This document shows, in pieces, positions 60,787 through 64,000 of a stretch of DNA of 64,000 bases. The first letter of the stretch is position 1. The number at the start of each line of letters is the position of its first letter. The translations under genes and the position numbers were made by a program. The stretch lies in NCBI GenBank assembly GCA_963765675.1, contig CAVXXK010000006.1, forward strand, positions 320,001-384,000, written 5' to 3'. The DNA comes from an uncultured delta proteobacterium (GTDB lineage Bacteria > Desulfobacterota > Binatia > Binatales > Binataceae). The notes beneath the pieces are model-generated. The model did no database searches, was not told the origin of the DNA, and saw only the letters and a list, made by a program, of their open reading frames with translations.

Positions 60787-61329
60787 ATGACGCCCAAGCC
60801 GGAAGTCGCGCTCGACGCCAATGCGATCGCGCGTTCGGTCAAGCGAATCGCGCATGAGATTGTCGAGCATAGTGATGGCGCAGGTGCGCTCGTGCTGATC
60901 GGAATCGTGCGCCGCGGTGCGTTCCTGGCCGAGCGAATCGCGGCGGAATTGATACGCGCAGGCCATACCGAGATCCCTGTCGGCACGCTCGATATTTCGT
61001 CTTATCGCGACGACGGCAAAGGCGCGCCCGGCGACCCGCGCCTGCTCGCCCGCGATATCCCGTTTTCGCTCGACGACAAGCGCGTCGTGCTGGTGGATGA
61101 CGTCCTCTACACCGGACGCACCGTGCGCGCCGCACTCGATGCGCTGTCCGACCTCGGGCGGGCTGATTCGATTCAGCTAGCGGTGCTGGTCGATCGCGGC
61201 GAGCGCGAACTTCCTATCCGCGCCGACTTTATCGGCAAGAATATCCAGGCCCCGGCCGGGCAGCGGGTCTATGTCCGGCTGGCCGAGGTTGACGGAACCG
61301 ACGCGGTCGTGGTCGGCAACGGAAAATGA
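60787..61329 (+). CDS. pyrR: Pyr operon attenuation regulator / uracil phosphoribosyltransferase
   Basis: KRIAHEIVE, GTLDISSYRDD, LVDDVLYTGRTVRAA, DRGERELPIRADFIGKN. Confidence 0.95.
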   Translation: MTPKPEVALDANAIARSVKRIAHEIVEHSDGAGALVLIGIVRRGAFLAERIAAELIRAGHTEIPVGTLDISSYRDDGKGAPGDPRLLARDIPFSLDDKRVVLVDDVLYTGRTVRAALDALSDLGRADSIQLAVLVDRGERELPIRADFIGKNIQAPAGQRVYVRLAEVDGTDAVVVGNGK

Positions 61330-63272
61330 CGCGTCTTGGCAAAATCGATCTCGTTTCGATCGAGGATCTCGCGCTGCCCGAGATCGAGCGCATCTTTACG
61401 CTCGCCGACGGTTTCGCCGGTGCGCTCGAGCGTGGGGAATCGCTCACGCTCGCAAGCGGGCTCATCATGGCGACGCTCTTTTACGAGCCCTCGACTCGCA
61501 CGCGGCTCAGTTTCGAATCCGCGATGCATCGGCTTGGCGGCGCCGTGATCAGCTCAGCCGACATGAGTGCGAGCTCGGCAGCCAAAGGCGAGAGCCTGGC
61601 CGACACGGCGCGGATCGTCAGCGGCTACGCGGACCTGATCGTGCTTCGGCATCCGCACGACGGCGCGGCGCGCGTCGCGGCCGACTACGCGCCGTGCCCG
61701 ATCATCAACGCCGGCGACGGCAGCAGGGAGCATCCGACTCAGACGCTGTGCGATCTGTTCACGCTGCGGCGCAAGAAGGGTCAGCTAAAGGGACTCACCG
61801 TTGCGCTTTGCGGAGATTTGAAATTCGGCCGCACCGTCCATTCGCTGATTTACGCGCTCGCGCGCTTCGGCGCGAATATCGTCGCGGTTCCTACCGCCGG
61901 CATGAACGTGCCCGATTACGTGCTCGAACGTCTGGCGGCGGAACGCCACTACAGTTTTTCGACCGTTACGATGGACGAGCTCAAGTCGCTGGCCGGCGGC
62001 CTCGACGCGCTTTACCTGACGCCGAGTGCGCCGCATCAGATGGCGCTGTTCACCGGCGAGGTTCCACTCGACAAGATTCCTGCCGCCGAGCCGCCAGCCT
62101 CGCTCGACGCATTTTATGTCACGCGGCTGCAGAAGGAGCGAATCGCAAGCAAGGACGCAAAGCCTGCCGATTATGTCCGCTTCGACGCGAGCGCGCTAAA
62201 GGGGCATCGTGCACAGGAAGCCGTCGTGATGCATCCGCTGCCGCGCACCGGCGAACTTGCCTACGAACTTGATTCCGATCCGCGAGCGGTATACTTCGAG
62301 CAAGCCGCCGCCGGCGTGCCTGTGAGAATGGCGCTGATCGCTTGGCTCCTGGAGCAGACGCGAGGGGCGCGGCGCGCGCCAGTCGCAGCGCTTGAGAATA
62401 TCCGTATCCAGGCCGAACCGTCGCCGCGATGCGCGAACCCGAATTGCATAACTCGGTTCGAGGGCGCGCATCTGCATCCGCGGTTCAAGCTCACGCGCGC
62501 AGTCGAGCGCAGCGCGCTGCCACTGCGCTGCGATTTTTGCGAGCGCGAATTGCGGGTGGAATTCGTCGGCCACGCGCGAACTCATCGCTACTACCGCTAC
62601 GATGAGAGCCTGTACGGTTACGTCCGCCAGTGGATCGCCGAGGATTCCATGGCCGTGTTCGAAAACGTCAAGCAGGCCGAGGAGACCGGCTACGAACCCT
62701 ACAAGCGCGGGCCTCAGCGCGAAGTGATGAACGCGGACGAAATCGAGCGCGCGGTAGATTCGATGGCTGCGCAAGTGATTGCCGACGTCGCGGACCTCAC
62801 CAATGTCTCGATCGTCGGCGTCGTCAGCCACGGCGCGATGCTCGCGATACGAATGCGCGATCGGATCGCAGCCAAATCCGGAGTCCGTCCGCCTACCGCC
62901 GCGCTGGACCTCTACAATCCCGCCGAGACAGTCGTCGCACTCGACAGCGGCGAGCCGCTCGCGGTCGCGGATCGCGTGATCATAATCGTTGACGATGTGC
63001 TCAACAGCGGGTGGACCGTGCAGCGCGCGATGACCACGCTATGGCAGCAGGGGCGGCCCGCGTCGGTGAAGCTGGCCGTGCTGATCGACCGCGGACATCG
63101 CCTGGTTCCGATTCGCCCCAACTACGTCGGCAAAAACATTCCGACCTCGCGCACCGATCGCGTGCAGGTGCGGCTCGAGCCGCCCGACCGCGAAGGAAAA
63201 CACCCCGCGCATGACCGCGCGATGGTCTATTCGATGGTCGAGGCGCTGAAAGCACCGGAGAGCGTCGGATGA
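61326..63272 (+). CDS. pyrB: Aspartate carbamoyltransferase fused to a PyrI Zn domain, an Ada-like domain and a PyrR-like PRTase domain
   Basis: [50 protein letters not shown]; then CANPNC...CDFCER; then [11 protein letters not shown] and [22 protein letters not shown]. Confidence 0.92.
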   Translation: MTRLGKIDLVSIEDLALPEIERIFTLADGFAGALERGESLTLASGLIMATLFYEPSTRTRLSFESAMHRLGGAVISSADMSASSAAKGESLADTARIVSGYADLIVLRHPHDGAARVAADYAPCPIINAGDGSREHPTQTLCDLFTLRRKKGQLKGLTVALCGDLKFGRTVHSLIYALARFGANIVAVPTAGMNVPDYVLERLAAERHYSFSTVTMDELKSLAGGLDALYLTPSAPHQMALFTGEVPLDKIPAAEPPASLDAFYVTRLQKERIASKDAKPADYVRFDASALKGHRAQEAVVMHPLPRTGELAYELDSDPRAVYFEQAAAGVPVRMALIAWLLEQTRGARRAPVAALENIRIQAEPSPRCANPNCITRFEGAHLHPRFKLTRAVERSALPLRCDFCERELRVEFVGHARTHRYYRYDESLYGYVRQWIAEDSMAVFENVKQAEETGYEPYKRGPQREVMNADEIERAVDSMAAQVIADVADLTNVSIVGVVSHGAMLAIRMRDRIAAKSGVRPPTAALDLYNPAETVVALDSGEPLAVADRVIIIVDDVLNSGWTVQRAMTTLWQQGRPASVKLAVLIDRGHRLVPIRPNYVGKNIPTSRTDRVQVRLEPPDREGKHPAHDRAMVYSMVEALKAPESVG

Positions 63273-64000
63273 CCACCGCAGTGCTTATCCGCGGCGGACG
63301 CGTGATCGATCCCGCCTCGGGAATCGACGGGAGCTTCGATCTACTCGTGCAGGACGGCGAGATCGAAGCGCTCGAACCCGCCGGAACGATCGAAGATCCC
63401 GGCAATGTGACCATGATCCACGCCGCGGGATGCTGGGTCGTGCCGGGCCTTATCGACGCGCACGTGCATCTGCGCGACCCCGGCTTCCCGGAAAAGGAAA
63501 CCATCGCGACCGGCCTGCGCGCTGCCGCCGCCGGCGGATTCACCGCCGTCGCTGCGATGGCTAACACCAATCCGGTGAACGACTCGCCCGCGACGACCGC
63601 GTACATGCTCGGGCGTGCCGACGACGCGCATGCTGCGCGCTTGATTCCAGTCTCTGCAGTAACTCGAGGATTGGCGGGCGTCGAGTGTGTGGACTACGCC
63701 GCCATGGCTCAAGCCGGCGCGCGACTCTTCTCCGACGACGGGATGCCGGTTGACGACCCTGTGCTGCTCGGCCGCGCGATGGACGAAATCGGACGATTGA
63801 ATTTGGCTATCTCTCTGCACGAGGAAGATCGCGGCCTGTCCTGCAACGGCGCGGCCAACGCCGGCGAGGTCTCGCGCAGCCTCGGCGTCACCGGATACAG
63901 CGATGCGGCGGAAGCGAAGCGAATCCGGCGCGACTTGGCGCTCGCGATCGGATCCGGTGCGCCGGTTCATATCGCGCACGTATCGACGCGCGAATCGCTC
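63269..64000 (+). CDS. pyrC: Dihydroorotase, long type (runs off window)
   Basis: Not in the ORF track. ATG overlaps the pyrB stop (ATGA); [15 protein letters not shown]...[26 protein letters not shown]...MANT...FSDDG...LHEED...HIAHVST. Confidence 0.92.
   Translation, partial: MTTAVLIRGGRVIDPASGIDGSFDLLVQDGEIEALEPAGTIEDPGNVTMIHAAGCWVVPGLIDAHVHLRDPGFPEKETIATGLRAAAAGGFTAVAAMANTNPVNDSPATTAYMLGRADDAHAARLIPVSAVTRGLAGVECVDYAAMAQAGARLFSDDGMPVDDPVLLGRAMDEIGRLNLAISLHEEDRGLSCNGAANAGEVSRSLGVTGYSDAAEAKRIRRDLALAIGSGAPVHIAHVSTRESL

Noticed and set aside
1-64000. CRISPR arrays, tRNA/rRNA genes, integrases, transposases, prophage genes
   Set aside because: Searched by eye; no regularly spaced repeat-spacer series, cloverleaf motifs or mobile-element proteins found

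Overview
High-GC bacterial chromosomal window, mostly core genes: his, rpmF-plsX-fabD-acpP, nrdR-rib-nusB, holA/rpsT, yebC-ruvCAB, uvrC, icd, mdh-sucCD-ndk-rlmN-mtnP, lepA-lepB-lepB and pyrR-pyrB-pyrC. Gene order is deltaproteobacteria-like, and the P450/acyl-CoA dehydrogenase/SDR content would fit Candidatus Binatota (inference, not verified). No tRNA, rRNA, CRISPR array, prophage or transposase was seen. Main unusual items: (1) a 648-aa aspartate carbamoyltransferase fusion (PyrB + PyrI Zn domain + Cys-less Ada-like domain + second PyrR/PRTase domain) behind a PyrR attenuator; (2) a riboflavin cluster lacking riboflavin synthase and lumazine synthase, with a degenerate RibB domain but intact RibA and RibD; (3) a GT-C/PMT-like glycosylation cluster with CBM and PA14 domains; (4) four frameshift sites, all in glycan genes; (5) two REP-like repeat families, a HicB remnant, tandem SDR x3 and lepB x2 paralogues, and several orphan proteins. 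All product calls come from motif recognition by eye, not database searches.
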